A stretch of DNA of 62,417 bases, counting the filler, from Rhabdomonas costata (taxonomy: Eukaryota): assembly GCA_019059605.1 (NCBI GenBank). It is 22 parts of 22 records of this genome, joined end to end, with 100 filler letters (N's around TTAATTAATTAA, not from the genome) between each part and the next. Parts side by side here need not be neighbours in the genome. Positions count along the whole stretch, not along the records: positions 11,347 to 14,083 come from JAHMHO010002195.1; positions 14,184 to 16,919 come from JAHMHO010002196.1; positions 17,020 to 19,755 come from JAHMHO010002197.1; positions 19,856 to 22,719 come from JAHMHO010002198.1; positions 22,820 to 25,555 come from JAHMHO010002199.1; 17 more parts are not named here. The stretch is one strand, 5' to 3'. Both the position numbers and the translations under genes were made by a program. The number at the start of each line of letters is the position of its first letter. The first letter of the stretch is position 1. Positions 11,347-23,289 of the stretch are shown one piece after another. The notes beneath the pieces are model-generated. The model was not told where the DNA came from, searched no databases, and saw nothing but the letters and a program-made list of their open reading frames with translations.

Positions 11347-12855
11347 GTTGTTGTTGAAAAACGAGAACTCTGGAAAGCACTGAGCGATGCCGCTGTGGTA
11401 TTGCAGCGAGAGATGAACTCACAAGACGTCGCGGTCTGCATTAACGGCTTCTCGAAAGTAGCTTTTCTTAGGTGCAAATACGCCCTGTGGGAAGCTCTTG
11501 CAGAAGCTACTCTTTCACTGCTGGACGCGATGAGTTCTCGGGGGCTGGCGACATGCGTGAATGGCTTCTCCAAGGTGGAGTTTCTTCTCGACGATGAAGG
11601 TCTTTGGGTTCCTCTCGGTGGAAAAGTTGCTGCTGTCAGAAGGCGGATGAATTCCCAAGATCTGGCAAATTGCGTCAATGGCTTATCGAAGGCCGGCCCT
11701 CTCATGGAAAGGCGAGGCATTTGGGACAAGCTTGGGGAGGCCACCGCCTTGGCTGCACAAGAGATGGGTACTCTGGGAGTTGCAATGTGCGTGAATGGCT
11801 TTTCGAAAATTCCGAGCTCTCTTGCCGACAAAAGCCTCTGGGCAGCGCTTAGTGGTGCCGCCATTTCCGAAGTGAGGAATTTGAGTCCTCAGGAGGTGGC
11901 CATCTGCGCAAACGGTTTCTCTAAAGTCAGCCTGCTGCAGGACAATCATCCTCTCTGGATAGCGCTGAAAGAAGCCGCCGTTGCTGCTATTGAGCGGATG
12001 ACACCCCATCAAATCACAAACTGCGTCAATGGCTTTTCGAAGATTCCCATTCTGGCAGAGGACTTCCTGTTGTGGGAGTGCCTGGGGAAAGCATGTGTCT
12101 CAGTGTTGCGTCTTATGCAACCCCATGGCGTGGCAAACTGCGTCAATGGGTTTTCTAAAATTAAACTGCTTCTTCCCGTGGAAAACTTGTGGGTTGCCCT
12201 TGCAAGGGCAGCTTCCTTCCTTCTGAATAAGATGAGTGCACAGAACGTGGCCAGCTGTGTGAATGGCTTCTCGAAAGTCAGCTGTGTGTTGAATGATATG
12301 GTCCTTTGGAGGGAGCTGGGCATTGCGAGTACATACGTGGTTTCCGAGATGAACAGGCAGCACCTGGCGAACTCCGTGAACGGCTTCTCGAAGTGCGAGC
12401 TCATCTTCTGCGAGGTGGAGCTGTGGGAGACTTTGGGCAGCGCCGTTGTTCCCATGGCAGCGGGAATGAACTCTCAGGATATCTCCAATTGCGTTAACGG
12501 CTTTTCCAAGGTCGAGGCACTTCTGGGGAACGAGGCGCTGTGGAATGAACTAGGGAAGCGTTCCGTGTCCCTGCTGTACGCCCCAGAAGCACAGCATGTT
12601 GCGAGCTGCGTGAACGGCTTTTCCAAAATTGTATTTCTGCTGGAGAACTGTACCCTTTGGGAGTCCCTCAGCCGAGCATCGGCTTCTCTTGTGGGGCAGA
12701 TGAGTGCCCAGCAAGTATCCAATTGTGTGAATGGGTTTTCCAAGGTCGACATTCTTTTTGGGGACACCGCCCTGTGGGAGGCTTTCGGGAGGGCAGCTGT
12801 ATCCATGGTGCCTCAGATGGACCCTCAGGGGGTGGCGAACTGCGTGAATGGGTTC
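11347..12855 (+). CDS. Alpha-solenoid protein of tandem 39-aa repeats (OPR/HPR/SKWP-like), 5'-truncated by the contig edge
   Basis: 12 complete 39-aa (117-nt) units from 11413 plus partial units at each end. Consensus MxxQxVANCVNGFSKVxxLxxxxxLWxxLGxAxxxxxxx. No introns. The frame stays open to TAG at 12945, but periodicity stops at 12855. Confidence 0.9.
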
Positions 12856-13262
12856 CCCACGGCACCGTTCGCTCCAACGGCACCTCTCGCGAGCATCCGT
12901 GGCCAACAGCGCTCACTCTCTAAAGGTGGTGGTCCCACGTTTTAGGTTGAGTTATACCCGCCAGCCACCGACCGAACGCCACCCCTCAGCCAGCGCCCAT
13001 TGTTGATGCGCCATAATCCTGACTCGCTGCAGTTCTTGGAGTTCTTGGATTGGTGTGAAGGCACTTCTTCAGTGCCCTTCCTTCAGATCTGGTTTTAGCG
13101 AGAACCACAGATTATATACATCCATAAAAGTGTCCCATCCCAACGTTTGGTCTTTCCTGGTCCCGCTTCATTGCTTTTATGGTTGTAGAGTGGTCATGTG
13201 GCTCTGCTTCGCAGCATCTGCCCCTTCACCACTTTCTCTCCCTTCTTTCTTTCTTTACGAAG

Positions 13263-13716
13263 ACAACCGCGGGGCCCAGGCCTTGGCTGGGGTCCTCCCC
13301 ACCAACCGTAGCTTGACCCATCTCAACTTGAGCCACAACCTGCTTGGACCCGAGGGCAGCGCGGTCTTGGCTCATGCTGTCCAGGCAAATCCACGAATCC
13401 GGTGTGAGTCCGCATCGCGATACCATTGGGGGTCGGTGGAATCAGTATTAGTGGCTGGCTATCGTGATTGTTTTGGTGATTACCATTTGGTCAGGAGGAT
13501 TCCTGTAGCCTTACCTATAGGAACTATAGGGGCATCATGACGAAAGAGAAACTGCTGATGCTTCTCAAAAGGAAGTGCACGTACCGTGCCAAATAAACAC
13601 GAATCATTACTTCTAAGTTGGTTGTGTCGGAGTTTGATTTGTGTTCTGTGTATGTGTTTTTTCTTTTCTGCTATTCAGGCACATTGACCTCGCTGGAAAT
13701 TGTGTCAGCGAATCAG
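13263..13716 (+). CDS. Ribonuclease-inhibitor-type leucine-rich repeat protein, internal exons (13263-13401, 13679-13716)
   Basis: GAQALAGVLPTNRSLTHLNLSHNLLGPEGSAVLAHAVQANPRIR|HIDLAGNCVS shows LxxLxLxxNxL at 28-aa spacing. GT-AG junctions are in frame. Confidence 0.8.
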
Positions 13717-14567
13717 GTAACGTTTTCGGATTTGCAGCGCTTTTACCTGCACCACGATTTGGGGATGCTCCCCATTTTGTCTTTACTTCTTTAACGTCTT
13801 CGGGTGTCCCAGGTTGGGTTACTTTTCTCTACCCCTCAACCCCTCATTCAAGATTCTGCCCCTCTCTTCGATGAAACTAGAAGCGTGACTTAAAGTCCGA
13901 CCAATATTTCCAGAATACAACGCGTAATCGTAACGGAGACCATGAAACTGATAGTGTCAGTATTGCAAGACGGGCCCTCTATCTTCAGTGGATTTTAGAC
14001 AGGGCCCTCCCACACACGTGCGCACCAGTTTCTGAAAGAAGGCAGCTGCAGTGACCAACACCAAAACAGAGCAAACCCTCTTTNNNNNNNNNNNNNNNNN
14101 NNNNNNNNNNNNNNNNNNNNNNNNNNNTTAATTAATTAANNNNNNNNNNNNNNNNNNNNNNNNNNNNNNNNNNNNNNNNNNNNGGGGGTTTGGAGAGAGG
14201 CTATTCTGGCTGGTGGTTCTGAGTTTGGAAAAGAAAGAGGCCTAAAATGCAGATGTCTGTGGCATGGAACGCATGACTGCAAAGCATCGCACTCCATATG
14301 ATAGAGAAATGAACATTGACCGGTTAATTCCACCGCTGTAATTAATTGCGTTGCTTTGGACGAAATCAACTGGGCAAAGAAAACGACCGGAAGAATGCAA
14401 TTGCAAGACAAAACACGCAGCGGTAGACAGCCCAGAACAAAATCTAAATCCTCGCATGCCCACAAAAGAGATGCAACATGAAGGGCGAACATGAAGGACG
14501 AAGCCCGACAGACTACTGTCATGCAAAACAGGAGCAACTCGTTCCCATTGCGAAGGAAGTTCTTGGC

Positions 14568-16506
14568 TCATGAGCCGAGCTTCTCTGCTGCAAACGCCGA
14601 GTTTACGGTAAGTCGAGGAAGTCTTCGGGCTACCATGCACGCAACAGTGTCCCACGGGGTCGACTCCTGAGAAAAATGAAAAAAACAAAAACGAATTTAA
14701 AATAATTGATTGGATGCATTATTGCAGCCAATGCCTGAAAGCCTGGCAGGCTGTAAACCGTGCCCTACTCGATACACGTTCGATGAAGAACAGTGGCTGA
14801 GCCCCCCCTATCTTTTCCTTTTGTAAAGACTGAGCTGTTTCGTGAATCAGCGCTGAGTATGGACCACACCTCAGGCCAGCCCACGCACTGGTTGGAGAGA
14901 AGCTCTGAAGTAAACTCCACCGCCCCGGCGTTGTATGCCAGGATGTGGAAGTCCAGCGAGGGATAGCGACCCCGGAAGTGCCGGGCCAGGCTCCACAAAT
15001 GGCTCAAGTGGTCTCCTCCCACTGGGACTCCATCAACGGTGACTGGGCAGTCTTTCACGGGAAGCCCCACGAACAGGAAAACCACCCGCCGAGCAGCCTG
15101 TGCACCCTCCCCTCACACATCAATCTCAGGTGCATCAACCCGCGCATGAACAACGACACACAAAAGCATGGCACCACAAAGAGGTTCACGTTAGACAGAT
15201 TTAGGTCCAAACAGATGCAGACGAGGAAACAAAGACATTTTATTCCCCGGCAGCGGTCTACAGACTGACACAATCACCCCTGGCTATGGCCTTCAGGAGG
15301 AAAAGGTCGATCAGAATCCATTTTCAGCAGCATTCTACCTGCAGCTCCTGCCCTTCCGAATAAGCCATTTGCCTGGGAGAGCCCGAGAAAGGCAGGAGGG
15401 TACATAACACAATACAAAACGCCGGGAAAAAAGCGAAAAAAGCCACCGAGCATTAAAATTGCACGCTCGGTTGGAAGTCAAGAGCGACCTGTGCTACATG
15501 TATACCAAAAAGTGGAAAGGCAGATACCTCAAGGGTGGTATACAGTCGGTGCATTCGGCGGGCATATTTTGTCTCCCCACGGAGCTCCTCTGCGCCCCCG
15601 TCGTGGCAGCTGATGAGCCCAGTCGCCCGGTCCATGGCAATAACAGAGCCGTCGCTGCACGACATCTCCTCAAACCTGAATGGCGCACACCCATGCGAAT
15701 GCATGAGTTTGCGAACGAGCGTGAAACATATAGCATGACTGCGAAAATAGTCATGAAAATGTCCCCACCGGTCTCAATATGTTCGACGCACCCGTTTGAA
15801 TGTTTCGAACGCGTGCAATAGAGACAGACAGACAGACATGGCGACAGGGCTCGTTACGAAGTCATGAAGCGTTGTGATGATGAAGACGACAAATAGTGAA
15901 TAAGAATAAGCGAGGGCATGTTTGAAACACGGTGTACTGAATACATTGGCATCTAGTTAGAGCACCCGCAGGAGACCTGTTTGTGGCCGAAGCCCGCAAG
16001 GAGCACAAGGAGGCGGGGTCTCCAAAGAGAGTCTGCGCGTTCTGCTGCAAAACCTATCAAAAAGGAGGATTTTGCTCCATTCCCTTTTGACTAGATGCAC
16101 GACAAAGACGATGGATGTGCTTAGTACAATCCCTATCATCAGCGAAGATGGAGAATTCAACGCTCGGCTCATCAGATGGGAGTCTCTCCTATTCCGAGCT
16201 TTTAGCTTTCTCTTCCTCTGCGCTGACGGTGGCGCATACCCCAAGCGTACAGCTCGAGGAAAAATGGAAATGAACCAGAGTTAGATATTGACCTTGTTAA
16301 CGCGATTCCTTAGCAGTTAGGTTCTGATTGGCTGCCTCAGCAGAAGAGCACCGTCTCTGGTAGTTTCACAGGAAACCCTCAGCACAGCAAACCAGCAGGA
16401 TCGCGGCGGGCTCGGCTTTCAGCCAATCAAAGGGGTAGGCCACCCGCCGGAGCCCCGCAAAGCGCAGCGCCTGTGCCGCGCCGCAGTCGCAGCCGAGAGG
16501 GATAAT
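14568..16506 (-). CDS. DUF1796-like putative papain-like cysteine peptidase (exons 16393-16506, 15977-~16044, 15528-15654, 14870-15097, 14568-14666; a further 5' exon is possible near 16770-16866)
   Basis: IIPLGCDCGAAQALRFAGLRRVAYPFDW matches the family motif SLGxxCxxAxxLxxxxLRxxxxPFDW. CHD...TKYARRMHRL and VVFLFV follow. All junctions are GT-AG and phase-compatible. Confidence 0.75.
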
Positions 16507-18506
16507 CTGCAGTGTCCCCCACAGCACACGGCGGGAAGGCTCTTGGGAAATGACGCGTGTTTGTGTTTGTGTGTGTGTGTGTGTGGTTGAGGTGACGCTT
16601 CTGGGAGTCCCAATTTGTAGCAAAACACCGACACCGCTCATGTCAATCACACAACTTTGCAAAGCCCGTGAAGCAAAAAAATACTGGTGGCAAAGGGGAA
16701 AGGGTGGGGATCAACAGCGCTTTTCAGCGCACTAGTGGACACCAGAAAGAGAAGGAGCAATGCACACACTGCGTCCACTTCGAGGCCCGGATCACCATGG
16801 CTACAGAGACAGGGAGGCTCGATGCTATGCTCCGGCACGCCGAGAAACCTCGGGGGCGTGGACAGCACTGAAAAACGACACAGTGGAGCTCAAACTCCAG
16901 GAATTGGAATCATTGGCTCNNNNNNNNNNNNNNNNNNNNNNNNNNNNNNNNNNNNNNNNNNNNTTAATTAATTAANNNNNNNNNNNNNNNNNNNNNNNNN
17001 NNNNNNNNNNNNNNNNNNNGGGTTGTGGTTATTATATTTTCTATTTTTCCGTGGACTTCGTAAATTCTTCGCAGTTGTGCAGATGCGTGTTCAGGAAAAG
17101 ACCTGCCCATTTAAGCGGTATCAAGATTTCCGCCTCAGAGCTCACCAAAAATTGTGACAAGGATTTGTCACCTGAAACTAACCGTTCACCGCTTTACGAC
17201 AATTGCTAAGTCATTTGTTGTTGATCCTGTGAAGAGAACCTGTGTCCTTCAGCAGGGGAGGAGGCAAGGCCTCCACCCCCCGGTGGCGCCAGGGACTGAA
17301 TCCCTCCCTGTCCCTGTCCCGGTATCAGGTCGGGCTGCCGCAGCCCTGGCAGCAGGGCCAGTCCACCGAGCAGCCCTGTTGGAAGCATCCCCAGCCTGGA
17401 CAGCGCCCAGTGCAACTCTGGGGCGAGTACGGAGTAGGGCACGGCCCCCTCAGACGGTCGAGAGAGCACCCCTTCAACGGGTAAGATCGTTTTGGACAGT
17501 GCCATGAATTGAAATCAGCAGGAAAAAAAACAGGCACGCAAAAGTGGGTGAGTGAGTGAGAGAGCACAGTGTTTCGAGGAGCGTAGGAATCTCGGCTATA
17601 GAAAAAGGTGGGGAAACACATTATAAACAATCCCATGTGAGATATCCAAAAGGTTTTTGAGACATTGTGGGCAATACTCCAGGCGACACGTCCCTCACCG
17701 TCCAGCCGAGTGCAGCTGTTGCTCCATATTGCAGGAGACGTGGTTCAGGTAAAAGCGTGGTTCCTGTAACACCTTCTGCGCGAATACCAAGGAACTGATG
17801 ACGCGGGGGAATGCCCACTGCTGCCCATTGCTTGTGGTGTGGGGGCCACTTGCGGCACACCTTACGTTGCCGAGGGAGAACCTACCCTATCCTACTCTTT
17901 CGTGGTGTTCGAAACTTCATTTACACCATTTCAAACTTCAACAAAAGTTCTGAACAAACACAGCCCGAACACAGCAGACACGCCCCATCTCGTTCAACAC
18001 AACCGCAATTTCTGGGTTTTCCTGCCAGCAACCGTTTTTCACCTGTGCACCTGTGCGTGCCGAATCCCATTTTTCTGTAAACTCTACTGCCAGAACTTTT
18101 GGGACCAAGTGCATTTTCTGATATCAGATTAGTAATAGCGCGGGGGGTGGGGGGCTAACGGGCTCAAACGGACGATAAAAATTGACCGAAAAGTCTGCAA
18201 ATCGGTGGGGTCAAAAATTCATCCGTCAAACGAAGATATGACGACACTGACGCCATTCCAAACAAACCATGCTGCCTCGCCTGCGCTTCGCCTCTCAGTC
18301 TGTGTTTTTGTGCTTTTACGCACAAATGATTTGATACGGCACCATCCTCACTGGAAGAGGAAGAAAAGATGTTGAAACAAAGGTTCACACTGGCCAATGA
18401 CGCACCCAGGTCCGTCCAACATGCATCAACGTCAGGAATCCCGCCACGTACTCCGATGATGGCAAAGACCGGAAAGCAAACAGTCCAACGCAACGCAGGC
18501 AATGAC

Positions 18507-19443
18507 TCACCCTGCGGGGTTCTTTACCACAAGGATGACCGAGTCACCCCTGAGAAACAGCTTAGAAATGAACCGGAACTTGTTCACCGGCTTCGCTTTT
18601 TTCTGGCCCTTACCCACTTTCGGAAGTTCAGTCCACATCTCTTGGACCTGCAATAATACATGACAGATGATAAATGGCGAAGATAAAAGTGAATACAAAA
18701 GAGTTGGCCAGAAGTCCACCACGCGACATAACGTCACGACCCAACTGAAAAGCACGTATACATACATTTTCCAGGACCATGTTCATGTGACGGTCGAAAG
18801 CCTTTATTCTCGCCAGCAGCTTCTTGTTATTTCTGAAAAAGGACAAAAAAAATATACATAAAAAAGACAAGTAATAATAAGATTAACGATAATAAGATTA
18901 AGATTAAGCCTCATATCTTATTTTGGACCGTGCACACCGAGGCAAAATTGGAGCCGCACGCACGCACGCACAGCCTCTGGACCTTACCAAAACTGACCAA
19001 ATCCAGTATCAGAGCTGTGTCCACCGACCAGAACAGGTTCTAAGCTGCTGTCGCCAACTTATTCAAACTGGGTGACATTTCGGACGGACGTTGTGTGCAA
19101 GCTGGCTGCCGCGTTTACACATGAAAATGATGAAACGTAACGCTCAGATTCACACTTCCTCTTCCTCTTCCCGTTCAGCTCCGTCACTGGTCAAAGGGTT
19201 CTAAAGGTGAACATGCACTCGCTTGTGGCGTCTTCATTTGAAGTTGGCCAAGAAAAAAACAAGTGGGGTTTTGGGGGCACGCATGTATTCCTATCATGCA
19301 CCCGGCAAGCACCTGCAGTTGATGAGTATTTGCGTCTGATCTCGCACGGAGTCAGTGAGAACTGCCATAGGACCAGTTCGAAACTCTTCCTCCTCCTTCT
19401 TCTCCTGCTCTTCAGGATCTGGAGGAGGAGTACGCTCCTTCAT
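18507..19443 (-). CDS. SNRPD2: Small nuclear ribonucleoprotein Sm D2 (exons 19313-19443, 18766-18832, 18507-18647)
   Basis: Spliced product [94 protein letters not shown] is a classic SmD2 sequence. Confidence 0.97.
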
Positions 19444-21387
19444 GGGAGGCCTGGATAAAACAACAAAGAGGGCAACGTTAACAACCAGCCAGAACCTGGA
19501 GGCAGTACATGCACCGGTTGGAGTTGTGAACTTCTTTAAGGAGGGTGGAAACCCCCGCAACTTTTCATCTGCGCATCAACCGACTGCAATAGTACGCTCC
19601 ACGTGCGCAAGCGTAAACTTGCTGGCCTCGGATGTGACTTCTTGTGTCCCTCCAAAAAGAGAAATACTTGCTAGTCTGCACATGCGCAGCGTAAATGGGC
19701 AGTAAGAGATGTCGACAAATATTTCTCTTTTTGCTGTTTTTTTGGGGGGAGTCCTNNNNNNNNNNNNNNNNNNNNNNNNNNNNNNNNNNNNNNNNNNNNT
19801 TAATTAATTAANNNNNNNNNNNNNNNNNNNNNNNNNNNNNNNNNNNNNNNNNNNNTTGAAGGTGCGACGTCCCCTAACCCGAGGTGAGTTGGTGGGGGGG
19901 CTCGGTCCCCCCCCCTCCGTCGTGCATCGCCTCCCAACCACACGCCATCACATTATCATGATCAAGAGGGCCCATATACAAGACAGTTACGGTTGTACCT
20001 GTTGCAGTACCGTTTGTGTGGCGCAGACTCGTTCACGTACCGAGACATTGAAGACAAGCGCGAAGCAGAGCAACGTGATACGACGGCTGCAATAAGCCGG
20101 CGTGTTCAAGGCTCTGGATCAGTGCAGGTGTGGGAACGAGGAGTTGAAGCTGTCCAACCGGAAGGGGAAGACAGTTCTTCGGTGCATTTAAAGCGACGTT
20201 GCACTGCGACGTACGCGGTTGCGTCGGTGTTTGGGAGGAAGAAGAGAGTTGTGCTGGGAAACAACGTGAACATGGTGTACTTATGGGCAAAGAAGACGCC
20301 TTCAAGACGAATGTCCGAATACTTGGTATCGGCCAGGAAGCACTGAACGCCTACCAGCTACACATCCGGCAACCAAACTGATGAGGAGGGGTGCCTCAGC
20401 CGAACAGCTGGGGTGGGGGTGCCATAGCCGAACTAGAACCGCTCGTTCATCACCGAAACACGGAAAATATCTGGACTACAACCTGCCCTCTGCTGTGCGC
20501 GTTTCCAACGGAAACCTCAGTAATAAATATGCCTCGCCCGCAAGCGGGACGGGCGCCGCTATTACCTCGTACACCTCAAAGACTTGGAGGCAAGGACTAC
20601 ACCTTCAAGAACTCCTTCGTTGAAGTGCGGGCGCAACTGTCCGATACTACAGTGGGGCCGTGGCCAGCAATTCGGTTCCTGCCGGGACTGGGAAGCAGCG
20701 GGGGCGAGAGTGACCTCCACGAAGGAAAACACGAGGGACACTGAAGCTGTGTTATAGTGCCATATTTTTCTTTTGGTATTCTCCTCTGCACGGTTCCATC
20801 GAGGCAAGTCTTGACAATTGTACAAAGTGTGAAGCATCGAATATAGTTTTAAGTTGGGACAACGTGGTCTCCAGCGCGCGGTGAAGACCGGGGAGGGCTT
20901 CCGCAATGGTCAGGCTCCAAACCTCACCAATCGTCGATTCGAATCAACCACTCATTTTGGCAGGAAGTATTTTTCTGACCTTTCACCCTTGACGACTCTT
21001 GCGTATCCGCTTTTTGCCGCACGCCGCGTGTAGTGTACTTGAGGGTGGGAAGGTGCTGGTAGTGGAACGCTCTGTGAAGATTTTGGTTCCTTGTTGGTTG
21101 TTTTTTCAAAGACAGAAATGCTTGATGCTGGTTTTGGACTTCCAGACAATAAGACAGAATTAGTTTTTAGGCGGAGGTGATACCCCGCGTTCGGTAAGGA
21201 CGGTGAGGTGAACTTTGGCTTTGGTTAAAAACAATTTTAGAAGCGGGGGTAGGCAAAGTACTGTTTTCGCAAGGTCCAAGATGTGTGTGTGAAGGAGTTT
21301 CAACGTGGACAGACTGATTGGGTTCCCTTTTTGGTTTTGCTGGAATGAAGTGTTGAGCAGACTTCTTTTCTTCTACCCAAAGCAAAC

Positions 21388-21946
21388 ATGAGCGGAGCGG
21401 CTTTCCTGGGTTCCAACAAGCTACGTAGCGTGAGTATGTGGCTGTTGCGGGGTTCCGGTCGTTCGTTCCATTCAGGCCGCAACCTTCTGGAAAAATTTGT
21501 TCGCAGCAAGGTGTGTCGGAGTCCTTCCAGAAACGGAGAAAATGGGCTTGCTGGAGATTCTAAAGAACAACCACCACAGAAAAAGGGAATAGAAATGGTG
21601 GGGTTCCTTCTGCAGGCTCATCTCAACGTGGGTACGATTGGGCATGTCGATCACGGAAAAACCACTTTGACAGCAGCAATCACGATGGTTTTGGCGAAGA
21701 AGAACCTCGCAAAGCTTCGAAAGTACGATGAAATTGACAACTCCCCCGAAGAAAAGGCCCGGAAGATCACCATCAACACCACACATGTCGAGTATGAGAC
21801 TGAGCAAAGGTAACTGTTCTGCTGCAGCTGGGGGACTTGAAAGCTGCCACCTCTTGCGTTCGAAGCAAGACCAACGCCTTAAGCGCTTTATGTGCTTCCA
21901 TGAGTATCTGAAAACATGTACGTTGGTTTCTTTTACCAAGTTTCTC

Positions 21947-22003
<57 letters not shown>

Positions 22004-22487
22004 CGTGCAGGCACTACTCCCATATCGACTGCCCAGGACACGCAGACTACGTTAAGAACATGATCACCGGTGCTGCGCAAATGGACGGAGCCATTCTTGT
22101 CGTCGCCGCCACCGACGGCCCGATGCCTCAGACAAGGGAGCACCTTCTTCTGGCCCACCAGGTTGCTCACCCGCCATTACACACACACACACACACACAC
22201 ACAGACACCTGTAAAACAACTTTGCTCGTTGTGGTTATGCAGTGCATCCTAGTTCTCCCGCTGGAAAATAGGGGTTGTTGCCCCTCCACAAAGACGCTAG
22301 ACCTCCCTTGCACAGCTTCTTGGATGTCTTGGGTGCCTTGTTGAGACACGAAATCCAACAGGTTGGAATCCCCAACCTGGTCGTTTTTGTGAACAAGTGC
22401 GACGACCAGGGCGACAAAGACATGCTGGAACTGGTGGAGTTGGAAATCCGAGAGCTCCTGGACAAGTTCAAGTTTGACTCAAAGAAG
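21388..22487 (+). CDS. tuf: Nuclear-encoded organellar (probably mitochondrial) elongation factor Tu, 5' part (core exons 21616-21809, 22011-22161, 22362-22487; N-terminal exons less certain)
   Basis: [84 protein letters not shown] bacterial-type EF-Tu interrupted by GT-AG introns. Confidence 0.96.
21947..22002. repeat. (TTG)n microsatellite in an EF-Tu intron
   Basis: About 18 perfect TTG units. Confidence 0.95.
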
Positions 22488-22819
22488 GTCATTCCTCTTG
22501 GTTGGAGTGCGGTGCACACTCCTGTTCTTTGATTGGCTGCGTGCATGCTTTCGTTTTCTCAAGAACCGAGATACAGTGCAGCTCTCTGGCATGTTGCAAT
22601 TGTGTGTCAACAGTGAACGTCACGGAAAACTCACAAGATCTGCGAGTCTCAAAGGGCTTGAACAGAATATATAGGTTTAGTAGATAATTGTTTTTTTGCA
22701 GCGTCACTGTAAAAAAACANNNNNNNNNNNNNNNNNNNNNNNNNNNNNNNNNNNNNNNNNNNNTTAATTAATTAANNNNNNNNNNNNNNNNNNNNNNNNN
22801 NNNNNNNNNNNNNNNNNNN

Positions 22820-23289
22820 TGTGTGTTGGGGGAGTGGCGAAGGACCTTGCACGTGCGGCGGAACTTTATTGGGTTGCTGCGGAGCAGGGTCTCGCGGAAG
22901 CGCAGGTCAGCCTTGGCTTGTGCTACGAGACCGGCGAGGGGGTGACCAAGGACCTTGCACGTGCTGCAGAGCTGTATAGGAAGGCCGCGGAGCAGGGCCA
23001 TGCAGATGCGCAGTGCCACCTGGGGTTGTGTTACGAGAATGGCAAGGGGGTGGCGAAAGACCTTGTACGTGCGGCGGAGCTGTATAGGAAGGCCGCGGAG
23101 CAGGGCCACGCAGATGCGCAGTTCAACCTGGGGTTGTGCTACGAGAATGGTGAGGGGGTGACCAAGGACCTTGTTCGTGCTGCGGAGCTGTATGAGGAGG
23201 CCGCGGAACAGGGCCATCCTGAAGCGCAGTTCAACCTGGGTTTATGCTACGATCTATATAGGAAGACCTCGGAGCAGGGTTACGGATAA
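22820..23289 (+). CDS. Sel1-like repeat protein, C-terminal fragment
   Basis: 36-aa units AQFNLGLCYENGEGVTKDLVRAAELYRKAAEQGH, repeated about four times and near-identical at DNA level (108 bp). Confidence 0.95.

Noticed and set aside
11295-12916. Antisense ORFs with repeated FEKPFT motifs
   Set aside because: These are shadow frames of the plus-strand 39-aa repeat gene.
21472-22344. Poly-Q, poly-C and poly-L ORFs
   Set aside because: They are translations of an intronic (TTG)n microsatellite in EF-Tu.
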